Origin: Octopus vulgaris | Lineage: Eukaryota | DNA: 64,000 bases | Assembly: GCA_951406725.2 (NCBI GenBank) | Contig: OX597825.1 | Span: 77,438,001 to 77,502,000, forward strand | Reading direction: 5' to 3' | Part shown: in pieces, positions 31,247 through 45,499 of the stretch | How the letters are laid out: each line of letters begins with the position of its first letter | Numbering within the stretch: the first letter of the stretch is position 1 | Translations under genes and position numbers: made by a program | The notes under the pieces: model-generated | What the model was told of the DNA's origin: nothing | The model's input: the letters and a program-made list of their open reading frames with translations, nothing else | Database searches by the model: none

Positions 31247-31585
31247 TTAATTAGAATTCTGTGTTGTGTTCTGCATTGGTTCGTTCTAGGATTGCTTGTC
31301 AGTTGTTAGACCTCAACCAGTTAAGAATATCCTTTTGTGGCTGACGATATGTGCATCTTTGATCACAAGTATAAGTAGTGGAGTAGCATCATAACCATCA
31401 TAACCATGTATTGAGAGGGATGTTTTAGGGTTTGGATAATTCACTCCTGGAAATATGTGTATTTCGTTCATCGTTCCGAAAAAACCTTAGCTAACATTAT
31501 CAAAACTAGATTATGTAAGACTCCTTTTGGTGTTTAAAAGAAAGGAATAACTAGGATCACTACTGTGTCTTACTTGCAAGGAAAC

Positions 31586-31886
31586 TTTTTTTACCTTCTC
31601 GAGCCATGCCTGGCACATTAGGGCCTGTTTCCCGGTTTCCTTGGCGTATAGGTTCCCCACCTGGACGGGACGCCGGTCCGTCGCGGGTGAGCTGCAAGAT
31701 GCAGGAGGAAAGAGTGAGAGAAAGTTGTGGCGAAAGAGTCAACAGAAGTTTGCCATTACCTTCTGCCGGAGCCGCGTGGGGCTTAGGTGTTTCGCTCATA
31801 AACACACACATCGCCCGGTCTGAGATTCGAACTCGCGATCCCTCGACCTTGATTCCGCTGCTCTAACCACTAGGCCATGTGCCTCC
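31586..31886 (-). mobile_element. tRNA-derived SINE, family D, full length
   Basis: Reverse-complement homologue of 48129-48434; TSD-like GCAAGGAAAC/GCAAGGAGAC. Confidence 0.88.
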
Positions 31887-32699
31887 GCAAGGAGACATTA
31901 ATGAGTCAGTAAATATTACACATTATCCTAGAAACAGCAGCCAAATCGCTCATAAGTCTCGTTCGGAAGTTTTACCAACAAGAAAAACGTGAAGCTTTCA
32001 GAAAGATATGAAAAGATATCTTATTTTCTGTAAGCCGAAGTAAAAAGAAATCGGGATGTTCACGGTTGGAATTCCTTTCGTATTAGGAACTCACGAATAA
32101 TAATGACCAAAACCTGGCACCAGTACCAAATATGGCCACATTTGCAGCAAAAGAGAATTGGAATTCCTAGTTTAAAGGATAACCACGTGCCAAACATGGA
32201 GGATACTACAATAAGCCAACTGAAGAGAAAGACGAACCGAAATCAATAGATTTGTAGCTATTAGCCTGATCGAAGCAAGGGGCTAAGATCTACCATTCCT
32301 AAATACATGAGAAGAACATAATCAATAGAATTAATTTGACGTGGGTATATATTTATCATTGATTAATTGCAATCGATTACAGATATGTATATATACGTAT
32401 GTGTGTGTATATTTGTGTGAGTACATACATATGCACAAGCGGTTATGTATGATATAAGGTATATGCAATCTAATAAACACACACATGAACACAACAACGC
32501 ACTCACACATATACATACACATACACACACACACATATAATTACAAATGTGTTAATATCCAGTGATTGTTCTCTGTATCAGACGATATATCATTGTTAAT
32601 GTACGTGTGTATATAACTATATATAATTCTCTCCCTCTCCCTCTCTGGCTCTCTCTCTCCCTCTCTGGCTCTCTCTCTCCCTCTCTGGCTCTCTCTCTC

Positions 32700-32775
<76 letters not shown>

Positions 32776-33081
32776 CATATGTGTGTATGTGTGCGTATAT
32801 ACGTATAACATTTATACATGTAAGCTAGTTTGGGCTAGTCATGTGTGTATGTTTATACACACGTATACGTAAATATTGGTAAATATATGTAGATTAGAAC
32901 AAGGTACATTGTACATATGTATATATATATATATATATATATGTACACACACACATACAGAATAGGTGCATATGCGCACAGGTGTGTGTTTATGAATATA
33001 CAAATACATAACGTATTAACATATCAACGTCTAGTTATTTAACTGTCAATTAATATACATACATATACACACACAGACATG

Positions 33082-33127
<46 letters not shown>

Positions 33128-33246
33128 GATAGATACATAGATAGATAGATAGTTAGACGAATAAATAGGATAATATACACACATGCACACATACACACAA
33201 ACACATATATCTGTACATATATATCTAAACACACACACATATATGC

Positions 33247-33348
<102 letters not shown>

Positions 33349-33440
33349 GTGTAAAGAGAGACATTGATGGACTGAATGATATAAAGAGAGTTTTTGATAT
33401 ATATGCGTGTGTGTATTACACATATATATACACACACAAT

Positions 33441-33488
<48 letters not shown>

Positions 33489-33800
33489 TTGATTTGCCTT
33501 CATATATCTATATAACATAATATCGGTATTGTAGGCCTCATTACGAAAGATTTATAGCCGAAACACCTCGATGACAAGAAAAGCTAATATAACGTATACA
33601 GATAGATATAGTGTTAATTTTATATATATGTATGCACACAGACTCACACTCACTCATATAAACATACACACATACATGCACATACGGACACACGCATTCT
33701 CGCACACATGCATAAGGCATACCTACATATATACACAGACACACACACACATATATATATATGTATATAATCTATATATGTATAAATCTCTCTCTCTCTC

Positions 33801-33839
<39 letters not shown>

Positions 33840-33918
33840 CATACACATACATATATATATATAGATACACCCACACACACACACATATATATATTTATAT
33901 TCATAGATATACAAATAC

Positions 33919-33949
<31 letters not shown>

Positions 33950-33993
33950 ACTTAGAATAACTTAGAAAGGTTTTTGGCCAGTATTGGCCCAGG

Positions 33994-34059
<66 letters not shown>

Positions 34060-34417
34060 CATATATATGCATAAATATATATTATATATTATATACATAC
34101 ATACGTGTGTGTGTATTCATACATACTTGGATATAGATACATATATCTATATAGATATATATAAATACATGCGTATATGGATATGGACACACTCGCGCGT
34201 GCACTGTGAGTGAGATGTAGTTATGGAAAGGAAGGAAGGTGTGTCTTGGGACATCAAAGTCAGCCCTATCCACTAATGAATGATTTCAACATAGAAAACG
34301 TCATTGATGTAGAAATAGGTTCTTTGAGAGATATGGCCGGTGCCGATTCGTCAAGATTATTTCTTTAGCTCATTCCTGGTAACAAATGATTTACATGACT
34401 GCTCTGTTGGCTTTGCA

Positions 34418-34461
<44 letters not shown>

Positions 34462-34644
34462 ATATGTATTTGTATGTGTGTGTGTGTATATATGTATGTG
34501 TATATGTATTTGTGTATGTGTGTGTATATATATACATATATATATATATATACATATATACGTATATATGTGTATATGTGTATATATGTATGTGTGTATA
34601 TGTGTCTGTATATATGTATGTGTATATGTATTTGTGTGTGTGTG

Positions 34645-34676
<32 letters not shown>

Positions 34677-34827
34677 TATATATGTATGTGTGTATATGTG
34701 TCTGTATATATGTATGTATGTATATATGTCTGCATATATATATATATGTAGGTATATATTTATTAAAACTCATATATATATATATACATGTACTCATATA
34801 CTACCTGTCTATACCTATACATGTACA

Positions 34828-34891
<64 letters not shown>

Positions 34892-35256
34892 CAGATAGAC
34901 ATACAGACAGACAGACAGAGACAGAGAAGCATATATATGTGTGTCTAAATAAACATTTAAACAGATATATGTATGTGTGTATGTGTCTGTGTTTCTGTGT
35001 GTGTGTGAGTGTGTGTGTATGTGTGTGTGGTGCGCGTGTATGTGTAAGTGCGCGTGTATAAACTGTTAGATACGATAACGTAAATGAGACCAAAGTTGTA
35101 TATATAAACATATATTGTCAAAATTATATATATGTATACACACGCATAAACACAAACACACACACACGCAGACACATAAATACACATATGCATGCATACA
35201 TACATACATACATACATACATACATACATACATACATACATACATGCATACATACA

Positions 35257-35290
<34 letters not shown>

Positions 35291-35944
35291 CATACATATA
35301 TATATACATACACACACAGACATATATATATATATATATACATATATAAGTGACAATAATGTTTCCGTTTATTGGCAGAAAACCGATAATGTGAACGCTT
35401 GGTCATCACATAATTGAACCGATATTTATCCATAGAGGGAGAAACAAACATAATGAGGCTCCAGTATGTTTTGAGCACAGAACTTAGCAACCTTTGGAAT
35501 TTCGCGTACTTGCCACCAGTTCTCTACGTCTTACTTCTTACCTGCTATTTCTTTAAAATTATTTATCTTCTTTAATACTAAAGCAATTTCTAGTATCATA
35601 CCTACGATGACTGCAACTGGAATGTTCTGCCGTTAACTATATATGTCTTAAGGTTTCACTACAAGTGTCTTACTTAAACAGGTGAGTATAGAATTCTGTA
35701 GGTTTAATTTTGTAGGTATTTTGGGTGGAGATTTAGTATTCCGGAATTAGTTTCAAGAAGAAAGGGTTAAGCAGGTCCTAAGCATTTGCAACCAGCAGTA
35801 TATAAGAATATCCGATGATTTGAGTGATGTATATATATATATATATATGTATGTATATTTTTTTGCATTGTAGCTCGAAACTTTTCACTTCTCAATAAAT
35901 CTGTTTCTGTTTCTATCTATCGCATTACAACGATCACTTCTTTT

Positions 35945-36014
<70 letters not shown>

Positions 36015-36669
36015 GCGCGTGTAGTTATATATATATATGTGTATACATATATAACCAGTATTACAATTGTCTAGGTGCGTGCTTCTCAAACAATGTCCAC
36101 ATGACTCATGGGGGCTTCATAGAAGATTTTTTTGTTATAATTTATGGTTATTCTTCTACAATATATAAAATATTTTAACTATTTTCCCACACAATTCCTA
36201 ATAATATTAATTATAAAAATATCATAGAATGGGTCAGAGTAAAATAGGAATTAAAGTTATCCGTAGTGGAGTACGATTGATCAAGTTCCGTACTCGCCAC
36301 TATTTCACAATTTTCTTCTATAAACCTTCTTTCGTCCTGATTTAAGCAACACCCAACACTTGACAATTGCTCTTTGACGCCAGTCTGATGAAGTGTCATT
36401 TTAACGTTTCAAGCTGTAAATATTATGTAACGTTTCACATAGAGCTTTTGCGTGCAATGGTGTTTAAACAGAACGGTAACGAAACAATCCTCTTTCTGTG
36501 TCTCTTAGTTGGCTTATACATATACGTACATGCATACATACATCTTACTCTCCCTCCTTCTCTTTCTCTCTTTCTCTCTTTTTTCTCTTTCATAGATATG
36601 CGTATATATGCATATATATATATATATACATCTTTTTTACCATTTATCATTTTCGTGTTTTAATCATTA

Positions 36670-37012
36670 TACGGCCCCCATGCTGGATCACCACCTTTCG
36701 TCGAGCAAATCAACCCCAGGATATATTCTTTGTGAACCAAGTACTATCGGCCTCTATCGGCCTCTTTTGCAGAATCGCTAAATTACGGGGGCGTAAACAC
36801 AAGCGATGTTGGGGGTACAAACACAGACACACAAACACACACACATATACATATATACGACGAACTTCTTTCATTTTCCGTCTACCAAATCCACTCACAA
36901 GGCTTTGGTCGGCTCGAGGCTATAGTAGGAGACACCTGCCCAAGGTGCCACGCAGTGGGACTGAACCTGGAACCATGTGGTTGGTAAGCAAGCTACTTAC
37001 CACACAGCCACA
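36670..37012 (-). mobile_element. tRNA-derived SINE, family C (internal microsatellite)
   Basis: Head GTGGCTGTGTGGTAAG..GGTTCCAGGTTCAGTCCCACTGCGTGGCACCTTGGGCAGG, internal TA/TG run, tail ending near CCAGCATGG. Confidence 0.85.
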
Positions 37013-37052
37013 TCTGTGCCAATTTATATATATACACATACATATACATACA

Positions 37053-37099
<47 letters not shown>

Positions 37100-37821
37100 A
37101 TGTATGTATGTATGTATGTATGTATGTATGTATGTATGTATGTATGTATGTATGTATGTATGTATGTGAGTATATATATATATCACGGGAGGGAGGGAGA
37201 GATTTATATTTTCAGAGGAAAATAATGAGTTATATTATCCCAGTTATCGGTCCCAGAATATTTCTGCTCACAATTATTTTATAGAGGGTAGTGAGTGTTT
37301 TTCTTTTTATATTTGATTGATTCACGATAACCTTGAATGGTATGCGAGTGTTTATATTCGAAAGGGGCACAAGCATGTGTGTGTATGTGTATGTGTGTTA
37401 CCAGAACGTTCTGTAAAAAAGAAACAGAACTATGCATTGCAAACATCTCTACTGAGTGCCCTCAACATTCCCAACTCCTCTATTACATTTGTAGTGGTAA
37501 TTACTAGCAAACATGCAAATGCGACAAAACCAATAACTAATCAACACCCCACTCCAAAATACTATTCCGTGACACAAGGAAATAAATTTCAACGAATGAT
37601 CATTTAGCTAGGAGTCTAATATGTATTAAGTTGATAACTATGTGTAGATGGAATTGTGCGTTCACGAAATGTCTTTGTAAAACGAGATCGTTGAAAAACT
37701 ACCATATATTTTGGAGATATCCCGAGATCTTAATGTTGGAAATGAGTGATGCATTTGGTTTCTGTTTATTTTCTCCAGAATAATAGATAAGAGGGTTCTT
37801 AATAAATTTACGTGACGCAAA

Positions 37822-37910
<89 letters not shown>

Positions 37911-38139
37911 CCAAGAGACAGAGAGGCACAGAGATAGATAGATAGATGAATGCTTGTGTTGTCACACAGATGTGCATGTATTCATACATACATTTAATTC
38001 TATTTTTCGTACAGATATTTTATTCATTTTCCTTTGAACTTATATATGCGCGAGTGCGTGTGTACGTGCCTGGACGTATGCATCTCTCTTTCTCTCTCTA
38101 TCTCTCTCTCTCTATATATATATATATAAATATATATAT

Positions 38140-38206
<67 letters not shown>

Positions 38207-38213
38207 TATATAC

Positions 38214-38246
<33 letters not shown>

Positions 38247-38344
38247 CGAGTATGCATATGAAATACATATATAGATACGCAATTACGCCCTCTACATATT
38301 TGCACATACATTTATATTTATATATGTATGCATATATCTATCTA

Positions 38345-38429
<85 letters not shown>

Positions 38430-38787
38430 ATGTGTATGTGCATGGATAATTGTATAATTCATTTTATCTCTTGCCACTCAAGTTTCCCGATACCGAGACC
38501 TGACGGAGAACAGGGCGATTTTGCATGATCCTCATTGCTTTTTGTACATAAAAGCATGCTCAATCTGTTCTTTGGTATGTGCCTATCATCTTTAATGGTA
38601 ATTTTCAGAATCCTGTATCTACATCTTTACATGTCATTTACGCCATCATATCATGTTTTATTAAAATTGCTTATTTGTAATTTATTTATGCTTTTTCACT
38701 GGCTAATTTAGTTAATGTCATATTTCTCCCACGGCACTCACTCAGTCTTTCGGCTGCATTCATGATTTATTATTTTATCTGTAACTT

Positions 38788-39000
38788 CAAGGCGGTGAGC
38801 TGCAAGAAATGTTAGCACGCCGGACAAAATACTTAACGGTATTTCCCCCATCTTTTACGTTCTGAGTTCAAATTTCGCCGAATTCCAATACGCCTTTCAG
38901 GTTCGAAAAATTAAGTACCAGTCAAGTACTGAGGTCAATGCGATCTACTATCCCCCTCCCCACAAATTCCAGGCCTTATGTTTTTGTAGAAAGGATTATT
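38788..39000 (+). mobile_element. Family-A SINE
   Basis: AAGGCGGTGAGCTG...GTAGAAAGGATTATT. Confidence 0.85.
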
Positions 39001-39366
39001 TTCATATACATATATCGTCGCTTGACTCTAAACTATTCGTTTGATGACCTTTTGAGTGTTTTTGGATGATTTTTTGTTTTTATTGGTTATTTCGTGATTT
39101 CATTATTGCATTCAGGAATGAATATTTTTTTACTGTGTTACTTATACTTCCTCAATAAGAGCGAATTACACGAGACAGACGTTGCCTACGTATATCTCGG
39201 ATTCATAAGCTGTTGCTAATGTTATTGCTTCTTTTATTTTTCACATTGATTGAACTGCTGTCAAGCTGGTGCTCCGCCTTGAAGTGTTTAGTCGAAACAA
39301 TCAGCCATTATTTAAGGCCTATATTTACTCTAACGGTTTTCTTTTGCCGAGTCATTGAGCTATTGT

Positions 39367-39621
39367 TGTAGTAAAAATGGGACACCGCTCCCACAGGACA
39401 AGTGGTATGACGCAGCCACTATAAAGTGAAACGACGTCAACTAGTACAGAAACTCGTGTGTCAGTCGTTGTACAAGTTCTCGGTTGGACTTAAGTGTCAG
39501 TTACATGTTATAGTCAAGTTCGAGTCACAATAAAAGGTAGACGGTTCAAATTTGGTGTCTTGCAGAGCTATCCGCGATAGCACGATAGACAAAGCGGTAT
39601 ATTACCATTCTGGTATAGAAG
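39367..39621 (+). mobile_element. Candidate LTR with PBS-like sequence
   Basis: TGTAGTAA...TTACCA termini, TATAAA at about 39420, AATAAA at about 39529, then TGGTATAGAAG; interrupts a family-C SINE tail. Confidence 0.35.
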
Positions 39622-39669
39622 AGATACACTAAATCTGATATAAAAAAATATATCGTGGCTACTAGAGTA

Positions 39670-39899
39670 TATTTCTTTACTACCCACAAGGGGCTAAACA
39701 CAGAGAGGACAAACAAGGACAGTAAAAGGGATTAAGTCGATTACATCGACCCAGTGCGAAACTGGTACTTTATTTATCGACCCCAAGAGGATGAAAGGCA
39801 AAGTCGACCTTGGCGGAATTTGAACTCAGAATATAACGACAGACGAAATACCACTAAGCATTTCACCCGGCGTACTAATGTTTCTGCCAGCTCGCCGCC
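39670..39899 (-). mobile_element. Full-length B SINE monomer
   Basis: Complete head, body and tail; flanks CTAGAGTA/CTAGGGTA. Confidence 0.88.
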
Positions 39900-40414
39900 T
39901 AGGGTAGTTACAGCAGTTACGCATTATAACTGGAAAACACCTCATCATAACAGTTATAAAGACGTTAACAAATCAACATCGCTCGTCAAGCAGTGAAGAG
40001 CCAAAGAAAACCACAAGCTCACACATTCATATTAACATATGTATGCATTTGTTGTTAGCGATGAAAAGAGTTTTATTAGTACAGAATAGCGTATTGTATA
40101 TCTTACTTAACGTAGACATACTGTAGAAAACGAAAAAAAAAACTGCGGTATTCGTACTGAGAAAACATCTTGTGTAGGCGTATAGTGCTAAGGAACACAA
40201 AGGTATAAGTGTAGGAGACGATATGCCTTTACCACTGATATATTTCTGTGCCTTTCTTCGCGGGAAGCAATCTCAAGACGGAAATCGCAGAATAATCATA
40301 CGGGTATGTATGTAGTAGTAGTAGTTCAAACGTCATATATAGATCAATGTAGAAATAAACGGTATTCGGTATAGGCCTCTCTCTTCGTTAATTTTCTCGC
40401 TTTGACATTGTAGG

Positions 40415-40471
<57 letters not shown>

Positions 40472-40757
40472 ATTGAAGATAATCAAAGTGATAGTATTCT
40501 CAAGGTGAAACTGTTGAACTTTAAACCATGAACATTCACAGACAACAAATGAACGGGACGCACGAGGTATAATCACTTTAGGCGCAGTTATGGTGGCGTG
40601 GTTAAGAACTTCACTATGAAAAACAAGTGGCTTCAGATTTCAGTTCCACTGCGCGGCACTTTTGTCAAATGGCTTCTGTTATAAATCCTAACCGTTTTGT
40701 GCCTTGAGAGTAAATTTGGTAAACCAAAATTATGTGGGAGCTCGTTGATTTTACATA

Positions 40758-41663
40758 CAGGGTCATTCCACAAATAATGGAAACTTTCAATTGTATGAAC
40801 TAAAAGTCGGAGGGGGATGGGATAAACGACCTGCATCAACTATTAAAAGCATATAGTAATTTTACCTTATACGCTTTCTTAGCGCTAAAGAGTGAAGTTC
40901 GATTTTAAGTTATTTTTTCAAAACTATAATGGAAGTGACAAAGGAGCATATTCGGCATATTTTGTTTTCTGAGTTCAATAAAGGAAACAACACATCGGAA
41001 AAGGCGAAGAATATTAATGCAGTATATGGGGATCGGACAATAAGCGTAAGCAAGTGTCAACGGTGGTTCTAGAAATTCTGAGCCGCAAACTATAGCCTAG
41101 AAAGCGGGCCTCATCCTGGAAGATCTGAAGAGCTCGACGAGGATATCCTGCAAACCTTGATGGAAAAAACCCCATCGTAACTGTTTAGGAACTAGTAGAA
41201 AAGTTTGGATTTTGTCATTCACCCAGTCATTTAAGTCAGTGCTAGAAAAAAACACGGCCATCTTTGGTTTCCAAACGAAACGTGTTCTTCCATAGGTATA
41301 ACGCTCGGCCAAATACAGCGAGGATGACATTCCAAGAGCTGGAGTTGTTTGAATGGGAAACGATGTCCAACCCTTCATATTCGCCGGACATTATTATTAT
41401 TATTATTTCTTATTTCGCAGTCTTAAAAATCATTTGGATGGAAAAAATATGAATTCCGTAGATGAGGTCAGAACAGAACTGGGGGAATAGATTTCGTCAT
41501 GGACAAGTGAGTTTTGGAAGAGGGGCCTTGCAAGTCTACCAGATGGATGAAAGAGCATTGCAGAAAATGAAGGAGAGTATATTTTAGATTAAAAACTGAC
41601 TTTGTTTATCTAAATTTTGAAAAATAAAATTATAAAATCCATATTATATATGGGATGAGTCAA
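40758..41663 (+). mobile_element. Internally deleted mariner transposon (pseudo-transposase 40929-41592) nested in a family-C SINE
   Basis: MEVTKEHIRHILFSEFNKG..VYGDRTISVSKCQRWF*KF, ..NARPNTAR..PSYSPDI.., ENEGEYILD*; degenerate TIRs (CAGGGTCATTCCACAAATAATGG and an imperfect complement at about 41639-41663); TA flanks. Confidence 0.9.
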
Positions 41664-41966
41664 TATATATGTTTGTGTGCGTATGTGTGTTTGCATGTGT
41701 GTGTGTGTATGACAGTGTGTATGTATATGTGGGTGGATGTGTAAGAATGCATGCTTTGTGTTCGTATTTGTCCCTCGCAACCGTTTGATAACTGCTTTAG
41801 GTTTGTTTATATCATCGTAACTTAGTAATTCAGTAAAACAGTCTGATAAAATAAACAACAGACGTTTCGAGAGAAAAGATCAATAATCTCAGGGGTAGAT
41901 TTGTTCCATGAAATCCTTGGCCGCAGAGTTTAAGGACTAAAACAAATAAAAGAGAAAAGATATAAA

Positions 41967-42445
41967 GGCACGGGCGTGGCTGTGTGGTAAGAAGCTTACT
42001 TCCCAACCACATGGTTCCGGGTTCACTCCCACTGCGTGGCCTCTTGGGCAAGTGTTTTCTGCTTTAGTCTCGGCCTTGCCAAAGCCTTGTCAGTGGATTT
42101 GGTAGACGGAAACTAAGAGAAGCCCGACGCATATACATACATACGTATATATATATATAGAGAGAGAGAGATAAACTCAAGTGGCAGTGCCCTAGTATGG
42201 CCGAAACCTCAAGGATGAACATATAAAAGAATAAAAGAATATATATATTTTCGTGTGCACGCGCGCGCGTGTGTGCCTGAGTTTGACGCCACCATCGCTT
42301 GACTACCGATGTTGGTGTGTTTGCGTCCCTGTAACTTAGCGGTTTGGACAAATAGATCGATGGAATAAATACTAGTCTAAGAAAGAATAAGTCCTGGGAT
42401 CGATTTCTTCGTCTAAAGGCGGTGCTCCAGCATGACTGAAATATA
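41967..42445 (+). mobile_element. Family-C SINE, near full length
   Basis: GGCGTGGCTGTGTGGTAAGAAGC..GGTTCCGGGTTCACTCCC..GAAGCCCG, microsatellite, then tail GGCGGTGCTCCAGCATG. Confidence 0.85.
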
Positions 42446-42485
42446 CAAAAGGAGAATAGAACAAAATATACAAAAGGAGAATAGA

Positions 42486-42543
<58 letters not shown>

Positions 42544-42566
42544 GTATGTATATATATATATATATA

Positions 42567-42601
<35 letters not shown>

Positions 42602-42814
42602 TCAACGGGCTTCTTTCAGTTTCCGTCCACCTAATCCTGTCATATAGCTTTGGCCTGCCCAGAGCTATAGTAGATGCCACTTACCCAAGGTGCTGTGCAG
42701 TGAGAGTGAATCCAACATCACGTGGTTGGTAAAAAAAGCCTCTCAACTGCACGACCATCTATGCACCTATTACACGCAGTTATTAACTTATGCATGTGTG
42801 AGTGTCTGTGTGTA

Positions 42815-42866
<52 letters not shown>

Positions 42867-43425
42867 TTATTCTTCTTTACAATCGTGGATATTTATTTTG
42901 TATTTATATAAGATTTGCAAGAAGAAAGCCTTATATCCTTTGACACTGTAACAACATTTGCGTAACAGTTCTAGACCACTTCACAGAAGTGTAAAACAAA
43001 AAGCAATATGTCTGAAGGATGTTTTCAAAGTCAGACCGAGATCAATCGAATTAATTCCATTCCTAATAGATTCTGTTCATCGAATCGGTTAATATTCTTC
43101 AAACTCTTTCTTTTGCTTTCGTGCAGATGATCTTCAATTTTCTGATGATGCGCAGTTCTATATCTAAGTACTTCGTGATGGCCAAACTATAAACGCACGC
43201 AAATCTTGTAGTTGATTGGTTGCATCTTAGGACTAATAAAATAGACGTCGCTGCAACTGACAGGGAGAATCTATAGAGCGCTCGAGTTTATTGGAATTAC
43301 ATATACACACATGTGCATGTATAAATACAAAGAAATGGACACATGTATATATGCACATATATACATTTATATATCTATATATAAGTATATATGAGTTCTG
43401 GGATGCTTACATATATAAATGAGAA

Positions 43426-43517
<92 letters not shown>

Positions 43518-43559
43518 ATATATGTATATATATATGTATGTATACTTTTATTTTTGTTC

Positions 43560-43975
43560 TATTACTTGTTTCAGTCATTTGACTGCGGCCACGCAGGAGC
43601 ACCGCCTTTAGTCGAACGACTCGACCCCAGGACTTATTTTTGTAAGCCTAGTACTTTTTCTATCGTTATCTTTTGCCGAACCGCCAGCTTACGGGGAGGT
43701 AAATACACCAACATCGGTCGTGGAGCGAAAGTGGTGGTACAAACACGGGCACAAAAATGCACACATACTGATACATACACACACACACGCACACACACAG
43801 ACACACATGCACACACACATATGTGTGTATGTATACGACGGACTTCTTCCAGGTTTCCGTCTATCAAATCCACGCACAAGGTTTTGGTTGAACCGAGACT
43901 CTGCTAGAAGACACTTTCCTCTGGTGTCACACTGGGTCTGAACCCTAAATAATGAGTTTCTTACCATACACCCGG
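43560..43975 (-). mobile_element. Family-C SINE
   Basis: Reverse-complement tail, internal (CA)n and decayed head. Confidence 0.8.
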
Positions 43976-44254
43976 TCCTGGGCCTATATACGAGGGGTGT
44001 AGAAAAAGTGTTGAGCCTCAAAAAAAAAACATAGTAATGACTATATATATATATATGCTTGTATACAAACATATATGTACATACTTGAATATTTATGTAT
44101 ATACATATGCATATATGGGTACAAGACGTCATAAAACGTAAACAGCATAAAATACGAAAACAACATCCTTCTCTCCTACTCTCTCCCTGACTCTCACTGT
44201 ATGTCTCTCTGTATTATATATATAGGTACATATATATATATATACATATGTATG

Positions 44255-44303
<49 letters not shown>

Positions 44304-44409
44304 AGAGAGAGAGAAATAAGTCCTGGGGTCGAGTCGTTCGATTAAAGGCGGTGCTCCTGCGTGGCCGCAGTCAAATGACTGAAACAAGTAACAGAATAAA
44401 AGTAAAAGG

Positions 44410-44471
<62 letters not shown>

Positions 44472-44487
44472 GTATATATGTATATAG

Positions 44488-44893
44488 CAATTAAGGACAA
44501 CTTCTTAATAAGGAATCTTAATAAGAAATTATCAGGTAGATAGCGTGAAAAACCTCATAAGAGAAAAATTTCGAAAATAATTCTTTCTTATTGAACATAT
44601 TAATTCATATATAGAGGGCATTTCTACCAAAAATTTTACTAATCCCACCGAATGCAATCTTTCAAAGCAAGACATTTAAAAAATATAGACTTGTATCACC
44701 TGTGATTTCGTACTTATGTACTCTTCAGCAAGCCTGAACGTATCATACATAAACGACCCTGTCCTGTCGAAGCCAAGCAGCTAACTGTTCAACTTCAACG
44801 AAGCACATGGGGGAGTTTACATATATTACATCCGGTAAATGGCAGGCTTCTTCGAATTGCATTTCGGATACGAAAAGTTTTTTCGGAATAAAA
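44488..44893 (-). mobile_element. (TA)n-flanked Penelope-like pseudo-LTR carrying a hammerhead ribozyme
   Basis: Unique island between TA tracts containing a minimal hammerhead; PLE pseudo-LTRs are known to carry such motifs. Confidence 0.65.
44687..44735 (-). ncRNA. Minimal type I hammerhead ribozyme
   Basis: Minus RNA AGGCUUG-CUGAAGA-GUAC-AUAA-GUAC-GAA-AUCAC-AG-GUGAU-A-CAAGUCU: intact core boxes, 7-bp stem I (one G-U), 4-bp stem II, stem III, AUA cleavage triplet. Confidence 0.85.
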
Positions 44894-44921
44894 TATATAT
44901 ATATATATGTATATATATATG

Positions 44922-44985
<64 letters not shown>

Positions 44986-44992
<7 letters not shown>

Positions 44993-45499
44993 AGGGATAT
45001 TAGCCAACCGAATATGGCTAGGGACAGGGCAGGGTGGTGGGGGTGTCACTGTTGCATTTAGCCCCAGGCGAACATCAACGTCACCAGATAGGCCTGACGC
45101 CATCACGGCGTCCTCTATCTTGCAAAGGGAGATCATTCACCAAGAAGCAGATACCACACACAGACATAGGTTTCAAGGTGTATTGCCTATTATCAACGTG
45201 TGGTAGGCATCGCTTCTCGATGAACGACCAACTGTGCAAGATATATATAAGGATTTTCAAGTAAATACATTTACTGATTTCGAAAATCTGTTCGACAGCA
45301 ATAATAATTCTCTAAATGAGATATAGACAGTGACTACTCCGTAATATAAGGGATATTAGCCAACCGAATATGGCTAGGGACAGGGCTAAATGCAACAGTG
45401 ACACCCCCACCACCCTGCCCTGTCCCTAGCCATATTCGGTTGGCTAATATCCCTTATATTACGGAGCAGTCACTGTCTATATCTCATTTAGAGAATTAT

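Noticed and set aside
32215-32258. CTGAAGA...GAAATC-aata-GAT hammerhead candidate
   Set aside because: Stems I and II do not pair.
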